64,000 nt of DNA, taken from assembly GCA_965204735.1 (NCBI GenBank), contig OZ242008.1, positions 2,240,001 to 2,304,000 of the forward strand, in the 5' to 3' direction. Shown here piece by piece: positions 18,893 to 30,000 of the stretch. Position 1 is the stretch's first letter. Each line of letters opens with the position of its first letter. Under the pieces are notes generated by a model that saw only the letters and a list, made by a program, of their open reading frames with translations, ran no database searches and was not told the origin of the DNA. Both the position numbers and the translations under genes were made by a program. This stretch comes from Longimicrobiales bacterium (GTDB lineage Bacteria > Gemmatimonadota > Gemmatimonadetes > Longimicrobiales > Gaopeijiaceae).

Positions 18893-18905
18893 CGGACGCC
18901 GGGCC

Positions 18906-21080
18906 TCAGTCTTGGTCGAACTTGATCCTGCCGAGGAGTCCTAGGCGGCGTTCCAAAGGCAAGCGACCGTCGGCGACTTGTTCTCCGAAGAAGTCGAGGA
19001 GCAGGCTCATTCCCGGCGCCTGGGCATCTTCGGTGGCCTTGCCGCTCAAGATCGCCCACTGGGTTCCCACGTTCAGTCGGTAGCCGGCCGGGCCTTCTCG
19101 GCTCCAGCGGCCGAAGGGCTTGAGCTGGCTGCCGCCGGGCAGGAACACCCCGTAGCTCAGCTCCATGGCCAAGCGCTCGGGCGCCCAGCCGGGGACGGCC
19201 CTGGTTGCGGAAAGGCCGTTGCTTGCCGGGCCGGGAACCACCGGAAGGCCGGCCGCCGGATCATCGCCTTGGGCTGCCGGGTCGCCGTTGGCGGAAGCGC
19301 CGCCGCCTGGCGCTGCCGGACCCGCTGCGCCCAGGCCCGCGCCGAGGCCCGACACGCCGGCGTTCCGCCACACGTCGCTGCCGCCCTGCCACAGCGTCTG
19401 GGCGCCGCCGGAGGCGTTCCCCCACGACGGCTCCAGCGAGAACGACAGGCCGCCGTCTTCGCGTCCGGGCTGCAGGCGCAACGCGACGCCGGCGCCCCAC
19501 TCCTTGAAGTTCCGGTCCTGGTGGATCAGCAGCATCCGGCCACGGGCGTCCAGGCTCAGGCCGCTGCCCGCGTGCGTGAAGCCCAGCTCGGCGCCCGCTT
19601 CGGCGCCCATTCCCGTCTCCGCGTCGCCCCGGTCGTAGCGTCCGCCCACCTCGATGCGCGTCCGCATGGCGACGCTGCCGCCGGACCATTGCCCGCCCAG
19701 CTCGGGCGCCAGCCGCACCCGCTGGGCGTCGGCCTTCACGGCAACCACATGTCCGTTCGACGCGTCCGTCGTCATGCGCACCGCGAAGGCGTCGGCCTTC
19801 AGCGCCAGGCCGCCCACCAGCCGCTGGCGCACGCCCAGCGCGCCCATCCGCATGTCCAGGTCGGCGTCGTAGGTGGGGCCCGTCTCGCCCACGTTGGCGG
19901 CGCCCCGCCCCGCGCCGGCCAAGCCCCAGATGCCGAAGCCGCCCTGGGACGACCAGCTGGCGTAGGGGTAGAGGCTGTTCAGGTGGGCCTTCGTCTTGCC
20001 CACGCCGTTGATCCCGCTCTCGTAGTTCGCCGCCATGTCGCTGCGCGAGCCGGCCAAGCCCATCAGGAAGCCCGAGCCGAAGCGGTAGTCCAGGCCCAGG
20101 TAGGCCGAGCGGGTGCGGCCGTCCATGGCGAAGTCGTCTTCGGGACGGCCCTCGAACTCGCCCACGTTGGCTTGGCCCCACAGCGTCCAGCCGGCCTGGG
20201 AGGCCGTCTGCGCCGGGGACGCGCTGGGCAAGCCGGCGTCGGTGCCGTCACCCTCCGCGACGGCGGCGCCTTGCCCGTCGGGCGAGCCGCCGAAGGAGAG
20301 CTGGAACGAGCTCCGGGAGCGGAGGTCGCGGCCCGTCAGCGGGCTGAAGGCGATGCCGCCGCGTTCGCGCTCGGCGGGCAGCGCGTCCTCTTCCCGCTGG
20401 CCCTGGTACGAGCCGCCCAAGCCGAGGGCGCCGTGCGGAGCGCCGCCCATGTCCGCCGTGGCGTCGCCAAAGAGAAGCGCCGCCAAGTCCAGTGTCCCGC
20501 CCGGGATGCCGCCGGGTCCCGAACCGGCGACGCCCGGGTGGGTGATCTGGAGCCCCAGCAGCCCCGTTGCGTCCCGCACCAGCGACTCGAGGCCGCAGCG
20601 GCCGCCCGAGACGCCCCCGCCCAAACCCGCGCCGGCGTGGGCCGAGGCCGTGCTGGCCTGGTCCGAGCCGCCTTGGTCTTGGCCTGAGCCGCCCTGGCGC
20701 GAACCGTCTTGGCCTGAGCCGCCATGGCCTTGGTCCGCACCGCCTTGGTCCGAACCGTCCTGGCCTGGGCCGCCCTGGCCCGGGGCCGAGGCACCCTGGC
20801 CTTGGTCCGCACCGCCTTGGCCCGCGTCCGCGACGCCAGCCGCTCCACCGTCCCCGACCGCTCGGGACGAGGATGTGCCGCTGGACGCGACGCCCGAGCC
20901 GCGGCCGCCGCCGAACGCGACGCAGCTCAGCGAACGCCCGCCCAGCTGCACGTGCGAACGGCCCAGCGAACCCGACGACTCCAGACCCAACCGACCGCCG
21001 ATCGCATCGACCGTCTCCGTCCCCAGCGACCGACCGAACGCCGCCAGCGTCAGCTTCAGCGCACGCGCCCGATCCGAACG
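18906..21080 (-). other. C-terminal autotransporter-type outer-membrane beta-barrel region of gene B
   Basis: Alpha-linker LKLTLAAFGRSLGTETVDAIGGR, then WTLWGQ...SAYLGLDYRF...LYPYASW...GGRYDRGDAETGMGAEAG...EWGAGVALRL...LSFSLEPSWG; aromatic residue near the C-terminus. Confidence 0.75.
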
Positions 21081-24000
21081 CGACGCCGACACCGTCACGC
21101 TCGCCTGCTGCGTCGCCGTCAGCCCGCCCGCATCGGTCGCCGTCACCGTCACCACCGCCGCGCCGATCCCCTGCGGCGCCACCGACAGCCGCCCCGCGCC
21201 CGACACCGACGCGGCCGCCACGTCCGGCAACGACGACACCACCACGTAGCTCAGCGCGTCGCCGTCCGGGTCCCGGAAGTACTCGCCCAGACCCACCTCC
21301 CACGGCGCACCGCCCACCTCCAGCACCGGCGGCGACAGCGAGCCCACCGCCTCCGGACCCTCGTTCACGTCCAGCAGCGTCACCACGACCGCCGCCTCGG
21401 CCGTCAGTCCGCCCGCGTCCGTGACGCGCACCACCAGCGCGAACTCCGGCGGACCGTCCTCGTAGTCTTCGCCGGCGCCCACGTAGCGCACCACCCCGCT
21501 CGCGCCGTTCACATCGAACCGACCCGCGTCGCCCTGCGCCAAGGTGTATGTCAGCGCGTCGCCGCGGTCCGGGTCCGTCGCCTCGACCCGTCCCAGCTCC
21601 CGAGGCCCGCGCACGTTCTCCGCCAGATCGAACGCATATGCGGAGTCCACGAACGCAGGCGCCTCGTTCACGTCCAGCAACAGCACCCTCACCTTCGCCA
21701 CCGCCGCCAACCCCGCACGGTCCGTCGCCACCACCTCGAACTCCCAGCCCTCTGGACCTGTCTCCGCGTCCTCGCCAGCGCCCACGTACCGCACCACGCC
21801 GCTCGACTCGCCCACGTCGAACAGCGCCGCGCGCGCGCCGCTCAAGCTGTAGCGCAGCGTGTCGCCCGCGTCCACGTCCGTTGCCTCGACCGTGCCCAGC
21901 TCCACCGGGCCCGCCATGTGCTCCGCCAACTCCCACTCCCAGATCGACTCCACGAACACCGGGCCCTCGTTCCGGTCCTCGAGCGTCACGACGACACGCG
22001 CCCGCGCTGTCAGGCCGCCTCGGTCCGTCGCCGTCACCTCCAGCTCCCAGCTGCCCGGGCCCGTCTCCGCGTCCTCGCCTGCGCCCACGTACTGCACCGC
22101 ACCGCTCGTCGCGTTCACCTTGAACCGCTCGGCGTCGCCCGCCGTCAGCGCGTACGACAGCCAGTCGCCGCCGTCCGGGTCCGTCGCCCGAACCTCGCCC
22201 AGCAGCAGCGGACCACGAGCGTTCTCCGCCAGATCGAAGGCGTACGCAGAGTCGGCGAACGCTGGCCCCTCGTTCACGTTCGTCAGCGCCACCGCCACCA
22301 CCGCCTTGGCGCTCGCGCCCGCCAGGTCCGTCGCCGTGACTTCCAGCTCCCACGACTTCGGCCCCGCGCCCTCGTAGTCCTCGCCCGAGCCCACGTACTG
22401 CACCTCGCCCGTCGCGCCGTCCACCTCGAACCGATCGGCGTCGCCCGCCACCAGCCGGTACGTCAGCGTGTCCCCTTCGTCCAGGTCCACCGCCTCCGCC
22501 ACGCCCAGCGCCAGCGGCCCGGCAACGTTCTCCGCCATGGCGAAGGCGTACCGCTCCGCCGTGAACACCGGCGCGTCGTTCACGTTCACCAGCCGCACCG
22601 TCACCGTCGCGTCGCCCGTCCGCTCCCCGTCGTCCGCCGTCGCGCGCACGATCATCACGAACTCCGAACGCGCCTCCGCGTCTTCGCCGCTGCCCACGTA
22701 CCGCACCTCGCCGGTGCGAGCGTCCACCTCGAAGAGGCCCTCGTCGCCCGCCGCCAGCGAGTACGCCACCTCGCCGCCGAAGGGGTCCGTCGCGCTCACC
22801 GTCCCCACCACCACCGGCCCCGCCACATCCTCCGTCAGCTCGAACTCGTACTCCGCTCGACCGAACACCGGGTCCGTTCCGCCCGCCCCGTTCACCTGGT
22901 GTTCCTCCAGGTTCTCCACCGCGTAGCTGCCCAGGTCCAACACCGCCGCCGTCGTGCCGCCCGCGATCCGCAGCGCGCCGCCTGCCGCAGTCAGCGCGTC
23001 GGCCGGGATGCTGATCCCGTCCTCGTCCCGGTCCGCGGGCTGAACCACGTACTCGAACACCAGCACCGGCGTGCCCGAACCCGACACGTAGCTCGCGTGC
23101 CGCACCGCCGTCCCGATCTCGATCGCCAGGCGCACCGGAGCCGTCGCAGCCGACATGTGGCCTGCCTGCTGCGGCGCCCCCGCCACCTCCACTGGACGGC
23201 TGAACGTCACCGCCACCCGGATCACGCTGCGCGGACCGTACAGTCCGTTCGCTCCCGGCGTGCTCATCACCGTCATCCCCACCACCACCGGCACAACCTC
23301 GACCGTGCCGTCCACCTTGTCGTTCGCGGCCGCCGCGATCGCGTGGCTGCCCAACGCCAGCACCGCCGGACGAACGCCGTCCGCCGTGTTCACGATCGTC
23401 GCGCCGTTCAGCGTCAGCGCGGTTGCCGCCACGCCCACGCCGTCGGCATCGGCGTCGACGCCGCCCGTCCCGCTCCCGCCACTGCCCGCGCCCTGCACGC
23501 GGTACGCAAACGACAGCGTCGCCGTGCCGCTGCCGCTGGCGTAGTTCGCCTGCCGCGTCGCCGTGCCCACCGTCAGCGCCAACTGCGGTGCGCCCGTCAC
23601 CGTCACCGCCCGGTCGAACGTCACCTCCACCTCGATCCGCTCGCCCAAGCCGTAGGTGTCCCCGCTCTCGGGCGTGCTCGACACCGCGACACCCGTCACC
23701 GACGCGCCCGCCAGCGTGCCGTCCACCTTGTGGCCCGCAGCCGCGCTCAACGCGTGGCTGTCCAGTCCCAACGCCGCTGTCGTCGTGCCGTTGCGGGCGT
23801 CGGCGATCGTCCCGCTGTTCAGCGCCAACGCGCTCGCGCCGACTTCGATCCCGTCGGTGTCGGCGTCCGCCTGCACCACCGTGTAGCGGAACGTCAGCGT
23901 GTACGTGCCCGTCCCGCTCGCGTAGCCCGCCTGCCGCGTCGCAGCGCCCACCGTCAGCGCCACCTGCGGCGTGCCCGTCACGGTCACGCGACGGTTGAAC

Positions 24001-27000
24001 GTCACCTGCACCTCGATCTGCTCGTCGCGACCGTACGTCGTCGCCACCGCCGGCGAGCTCGTCAGCGACACGCCGCTCACCGACGCCGCCGTGAACGTCC
24101 CGCCCGCAACCTTGTGCCCCGCGCTGTTCGTCACCGCGTGGGCGCCCAGCCCCAGAACGGCGTCCACCGTCCCGCCCGCCACGTCGATCGTACCGCCGTT
24201 GAGCGCCAACGCGCTTGCGCCGATGCTCAGCCCGTCCGCGTCCGCGTCCGCCGTCACCACCACGTACCGGAACACCAACGACGCCGTGCCCGTGCCGCTT
24301 GCGTAGCTCGCCTGCTTCGTCCCAGCACCGATCGTCAGCGCCAGCTGCGGCGTGCCCGTCACCGCCACAGCCTTGTTGAACGTCACCGTCGCAACCACCG
24401 TGTCGCCACGCTCGAAGGTGTCGCCGACTGGCGGCGACGCAATCGTCACGCCGCTCACTCCCGGCGGGCCCTGGTTCCCGTCCACACGATGGGCCGCGTC
24501 GTTCGATATCGCGTGGCTGCCCAGCCCCAGGCTCGCTGCCGTCGTGCCGTCGCGGGCGTCGGCAATCGTACCGCCGTTCAGCGTCAAAGCGCTCGCGCCC
24601 ACGCTCAACCCGTTCGCGTCCGCGTCCCCAGCCACCACCTCGTACCGGAACGCCAGCTGCCGGCCCGCGGTCACCGAGACGTACGCCGCTTGGCGGGTCC
24701 GGCTCCCGATCGTCAGCGCCAGCTGTGGCGCGCCCGTCACCGTCACGGTGCGGTTGAACGTCACCTCCACCTCGATCTGCTCGCTCAACCCGTACGTGCT
24801 GCCGCCCGCCGGGCTGCTCTGGATCGACACCTCGCTCACCGACGACGCCGTGAACGTCCCGCCCGCCACGCGGCGCGCGCGGTCGTTGCTGATCGCATGG
24901 TGCGCCAAGCTCAGCAAGGCGTCCGTCGTCCCGCCCGCCACGTCGATCGTCCCGCCGTTCAGCGCCAAGGCGCTAGCGCCGATGCTGATTCCGTCGCCGT
25001 CCGCGTCCGCCTGCGCCACCACGTACCGGAACACCAGCACCGTCGTGCCCGTCCCCGATGCGTAGCCGGCCTGCCGCGTCTGCGAACCGACCCCCAGCGC
25101 CAGCTGCGGCGTCCCCGTCACGTCCACCGCCTTGTTGAACGTCACCGTCGCAACCACCGTGTCGCCCCGCTCGAACGTCGTGCCCACCGGCGGCGCATCC
25201 ACCGACAAGCCCACGACGCCCGGCGGCCCCAAGCTGCCGTTCACCTTGTGCGCCGCAGCGTTCGACACTGCGTTCGCGCCCAGGCCCAGCGCCGCGGCCG
25301 CAGCGCCCGGACGCACATCGTTGATGGCTCCGCCGTTCAGCGTCAGCGCGCTCGCGCCGATGCTGATCCCGTCGGTGTCGGCGTCCGCCGGACGGACTGC
25401 GTAGCCGAACACCAGCGTGTCCGCCTTGCTCGTCGCCGACTCGTAGTCCGCCTGCCGCGTGACCGTGCCGATCGTCAGCGCGAGACGCGGCGAGCCCGTC
25501 ACTGCCACAGGACGGCCGAACGCCACCTTCACTTCGATCGACTCGCCCAGCTGGTACGTGCTCGCGCTCGCCGGCGTGCTCGACACCGTCACCGCGCTCA
25601 CCGCCGGCGTCGTGAACGTGCCGCCCGCAACCTTGTGGCCCCCGCTGTTCGTCACCGCGCTCGTGCCCAGGCCCAGCGTCGCGTCCAGCGTGCCGCCCGC
25701 AACCCGGATCGTCCCGCCGTTCAGCGCCAACGCGCTCGCGCCGATGCTGATCCCGTCCGCGTCCGTGTCGCCGCTCGCCACCACGTAGCGGAACACCAGC
25801 GTGTCCGTCCCTGTCCCGCTCGCGTAGCTCGCCTGCCTAGTCGCGCTCCCGATCGTCAGCGCCAGCCGCGGAGTCCCCGTCACGTCCACCGACCGGTTGA
25901 ACACCAGCGACACCTCGATCGTCTCGCCCCGCTCGAAGGTGTCGCCCACCGTCGGCGCACTGATCGACAGCGCCGTCACGCCCGGCGGCCCGCGGCTGCC
26001 GTCCACCTTGTGCGCAGCAGCGTTCGCGACCGCGTTGCTCCCCAGACCCAGGCTCGCCGCCGTCGAACCGTCGCGCGCGTCGGCGATCGTACCGCCGTTC
26101 AGCGCCAACGCGCTCGCGGCGATGCTCAACCCGTCGCTGTCCGCGTCCGCCGCCTGCACCGTGTAGCCGAACGCCAGCGTCGTCGTGCCGCTCCCGCTCG
26201 CGTACGCCGCCTGCCGCGTCTGCGAACCGATCCCCAGCGCCAGCTGCGGCACACCCGTCACCGTCACCGGGCGCGTGAACGACACCTCGACCTCGATCCG
26301 CTCCGTCCGTCCGTAGATGCTGTCGCTCGACGGACTGCTCGTGATCGCCACGCCGCTCACCGCAGACGCCGTGAACGTGCCGCCCGCCACCTTGTGGCCC
26401 GTGCTGTTCGCCACCGCGCTCGCGCCCAGTCCCAGCACCGCGTCCGTCGTCGTGGCCAACCGCCGGACCGTGCCGCCGTTCAGGGCCAGAGCGCTCGCCC
26501 CGATGCTGATCCCGTCCGCGTCCACGTCCGCAGCCGCCACCACGTACTGGAACACCAGCGTGTCCGTGCCCGTGCCCGCAGCGTAGCTCGCCTGCTTCGT
26601 CGCGCTCCCGATCCCCAAAGCCAGCTGCGGCGTCCCCGTCACCGCCACCGTCTTGTTGAACGCAACCTTGACCTCGATCGTCTCGCCTCGCTCGAACGTG
26701 TCGCCCACATGAGGCGAACCGATCAACAACCCCGTCACGCCCGGCGGCCCCTGCGCGCCGTCCACCTTGTGCGCAGCCGCGTTCGTGATCGCGCTGGAAC
26801 CCAAGCCCAGGCTCGCAGCCGTCGAACCGTCCCGCGCGTCGGCGATTGTTCCGCCGTTCAGCGCCAGTGCGCTCGTGCCGACGCTCAACCCGTCGCTGTC
26901 CGCGTCCGCAGCCACCACCATGTAACTGAACGTCAGCGTCTTCGTGCCTGTCCCGCTCGCGTACTCCGCTTGGCGCGTCCGGGTCCCCACCGTCAGCGCC

Positions 27001-30000
27001 AGCTGTGGCGTGCCCGTCACGTTCACCGGCCGCACGAACGTCACCTCGACCTCGATCTCCTCGCCCAACCCGTAGGTGTCGCCGCTCGACGGAGTGCTCG
27101 TGATCGCCACGCCACTCACCGACGACGCCGTGAACGTCCCGCCCGCCACCTTGTGCCCCGTGCTGTTCGATATCGCGTGCGTGCCCAGCCCCAAAGTCGC
27201 GTCCAGCGTGCCGCCCGACAGCCGGATCGTGCCGCTGTTCAGCGCCAACGCGCTCGTCCCGATGCTCAATCCGTTCGCGTCCACATCCGCAGTCACCACC
27301 GTGTACTGGAACACCAGCGCCGTCGTGCCGCTCCCGCTCGCGTAGCTCGCCTGACGGGTCTGCGTACCGATCCCCAGCCCCAGCTGCGGCGTCCCCGTCA
27401 CGTCCACCGCACGGTTGAACGTCAACGTCGCCGCAATCACGTCGCCCCGCTCGAACGTGTCGCCGGTCGGCGGCGACGCGACGACCAAGCCCGTCACGCC
27501 CGGCGGTCCTTGGTTGCCGTCCACCTTGTGCGCCGCGGCGTTCGCAATCGCGTTCGACCCCAAGCCCAGCCCGGCCGCCTCGCTCGCGTCACGAGCGTCC
27601 GCAATCGTTCCGCCGTTCAGCGCCAATGCGCTCGCGCCGATGCTGATCCCGTTCGCGTCCGCGTCCGCAGCCGCCACCGTGTAGCCGAACGTCAGCGTCG
27701 TCGTGCCGCTGCCGCTCGCGTAGTTCGCCTGCCGCGTCTGCGAACCAATCGTCAGCGCGACCTGCGGCGTCCCCGTCACCGCTACGCGCCGGTCGAACGT
27801 CACCTCGACCTCGATCCGCTCCGTCCGACCGTACGTGCTGTCGCTCGCCGGAGCGCTCGATATCGACACGCCGCTCGCCGACGCCGCCGTGAACGTCCCG
27901 CCCGCGACTCGGCGCGCGCCGTCGTTGCTGATTGCATGATGCGCCAAGCTCAGCAGCGCGTCCGTCGTACCGCCCGACACGTCGATCGTCCCGCCGTTCA
28001 GCGCCAGCGCGCTCGCGCCGATGCTCAACCCGTCTGCGTCCGCGTCCGCCTGCACCACCACGTACTGGAACACCAGCGCCGTCGTCCCCGTCCCCGACGC
28101 GTAGCCCGCCTGCCGCGTCTGCGTCCCAATCGACAACGCCAGCTGCGGCGTGCCCGTGACCGCCACCGCCTTGTTGAACGTCACCGTCGCCGCCACCGTG
28201 TCGCCCCGCTCGAACGTCGTGCCCACCGGCGGCGCAGCTACAGACAAACCCACCACGCCCGGCGGCCCCAAGCTGCCGTTCACCTTGTGCGACGCCGCGT
28301 TCGACACTGCGTTCGCGCCCAGGCCCAGCGCAGCAGCAGTCGCGCCCGGACGCACGTCGTTGATGGCTCCACCGTTCAGCGTCAGCGCGCTCGCGCCGAT
28401 GCTGATCCCGTCGGTGTCCGCGTCCGCCGGACGGATCGCGTAGCCGAACACCAGCGTGTCCGCCTTGCTCGTCGCCGACTCGTAGCTCGCCTGCCGCGTG
28501 ACCGTGCCGATCGTCAGCGCCAGACGCGGCGAACCCGTCACCGCCACAGGACGACCGAACGCCACCTTCACCTCGATCGACTCGCCCAGCTGGTACGTGC
28601 TCGCGCTCGCCGGCGTGCTCGACACCGTCACCGCAGTCACTGCCGGCGTCGTGAACGTCCCGCCCGCAACCTTGTGGCCCGCGCTGTTCGTCACCGCGCT
28701 CGCGCCCAGGCCCAGCGTCGCGTCCAGCATCCCGCCCGCGACCCGGATCGTCCCGCCGTTCAGCGCCAACGCGCTCGCGCCGATGCTCAACCCGTCCGAG
28801 TCCGCGTCGCCGCTCGCCACCACGTACCGGAACACCAACGTGTCCGTGCCCGTCCCGCTCGCGTAGCTGGCCTGCCGTGTCGCGCTCCCGATCGTCAGCG
28901 CCAGACGCGGCGTGCCCGTCACGTCCACCGCACGGTTGAAGCCCATCGACACATCGATCGTCTCGCCACGCTCGAAGGTGTCGCCCACCGTCGGCGCACT
29001 GATCGACAGCCCTGTCACGCCCGGCGGTCCCCGGCTGCCGTCCACCTTGTGCGACGCTGCGTTCGCGATCGCGTTGCTCCCCAGTCCCAGGCTCGCTGCC
29101 GTCGTGCCGTCGCGCGCGTCGGCGATCGTACCGCCGTTCAACGCCAGCGCGCTCGCCCCGATGCTGAGCCCCGTCGAGTCGACATCCGCCGATGCCACCG
29201 TGTAGCCGAATACCAGCGTCGTCGTGCCGCTCCCGCTTGCGTACGCCGCCTGTCGCGTCTGCGTGCCGATCCCCAGGGCCAGCTGCGGCGGGCCCGTCAC
29301 CGTCACCGGGCGCGTGAACGTCACCTCGACCTCGATCCGCTCCGTTCGACCGTACGTGCTGTCGCTCGACGGCTCGCTCGTGATCGTCACGCCGCTCACC
29401 GCAGACGCCGTGAACGTCCCGCCCGCCACCTTGTGGCCCGTGCTGCGGATCACCGCGTGGCTGCCCAGCCCCAGCACCGCGTCCGTCGCCGTGCCCGACC
29501 GACGGATCGTACCACCGTTCAGCCGCAAATCGGACGCGCCGATGCCCAACCCGTCCGCATCCGCGTCCGCAGCCACCACCACGTACCGGAACACCAGCGT
29601 GTCCGTCCCCGTCCCGCTCGCGTAGTCCGCCTGCTTCGAGCCGCTCGAGAACCGCAGCTGCAGCTGCGGCGTCCCCGTCACCGCCACCGCCTTGTTGAAC
29701 GCGACCTTGACCTCGATCGTCTCGCCTCGCTCGAACGTGTCGCCCACATGAGGCGCACCGATCAACAACCCCGTCACACCCGGCGGACCCTGCGCGCCGT
29801 CCACCTTGTGCGCAGCCGCGTTCGCGATCGCGCTGGAACCCAAGCCCAGGCTCGCAGCCGTCGAACCGTCACGAGCGTCGTTGATCGTGCCGCTGTTCAA
29901 CGCCAACGCGCTCGCGCCGACGCTGACGCCGTCGCTGTCCGCATCCCCAGCCACCACCTCGTAGCTGAACGTCAGCGTCTTCGTCCCCGTCCCGCTCGCG

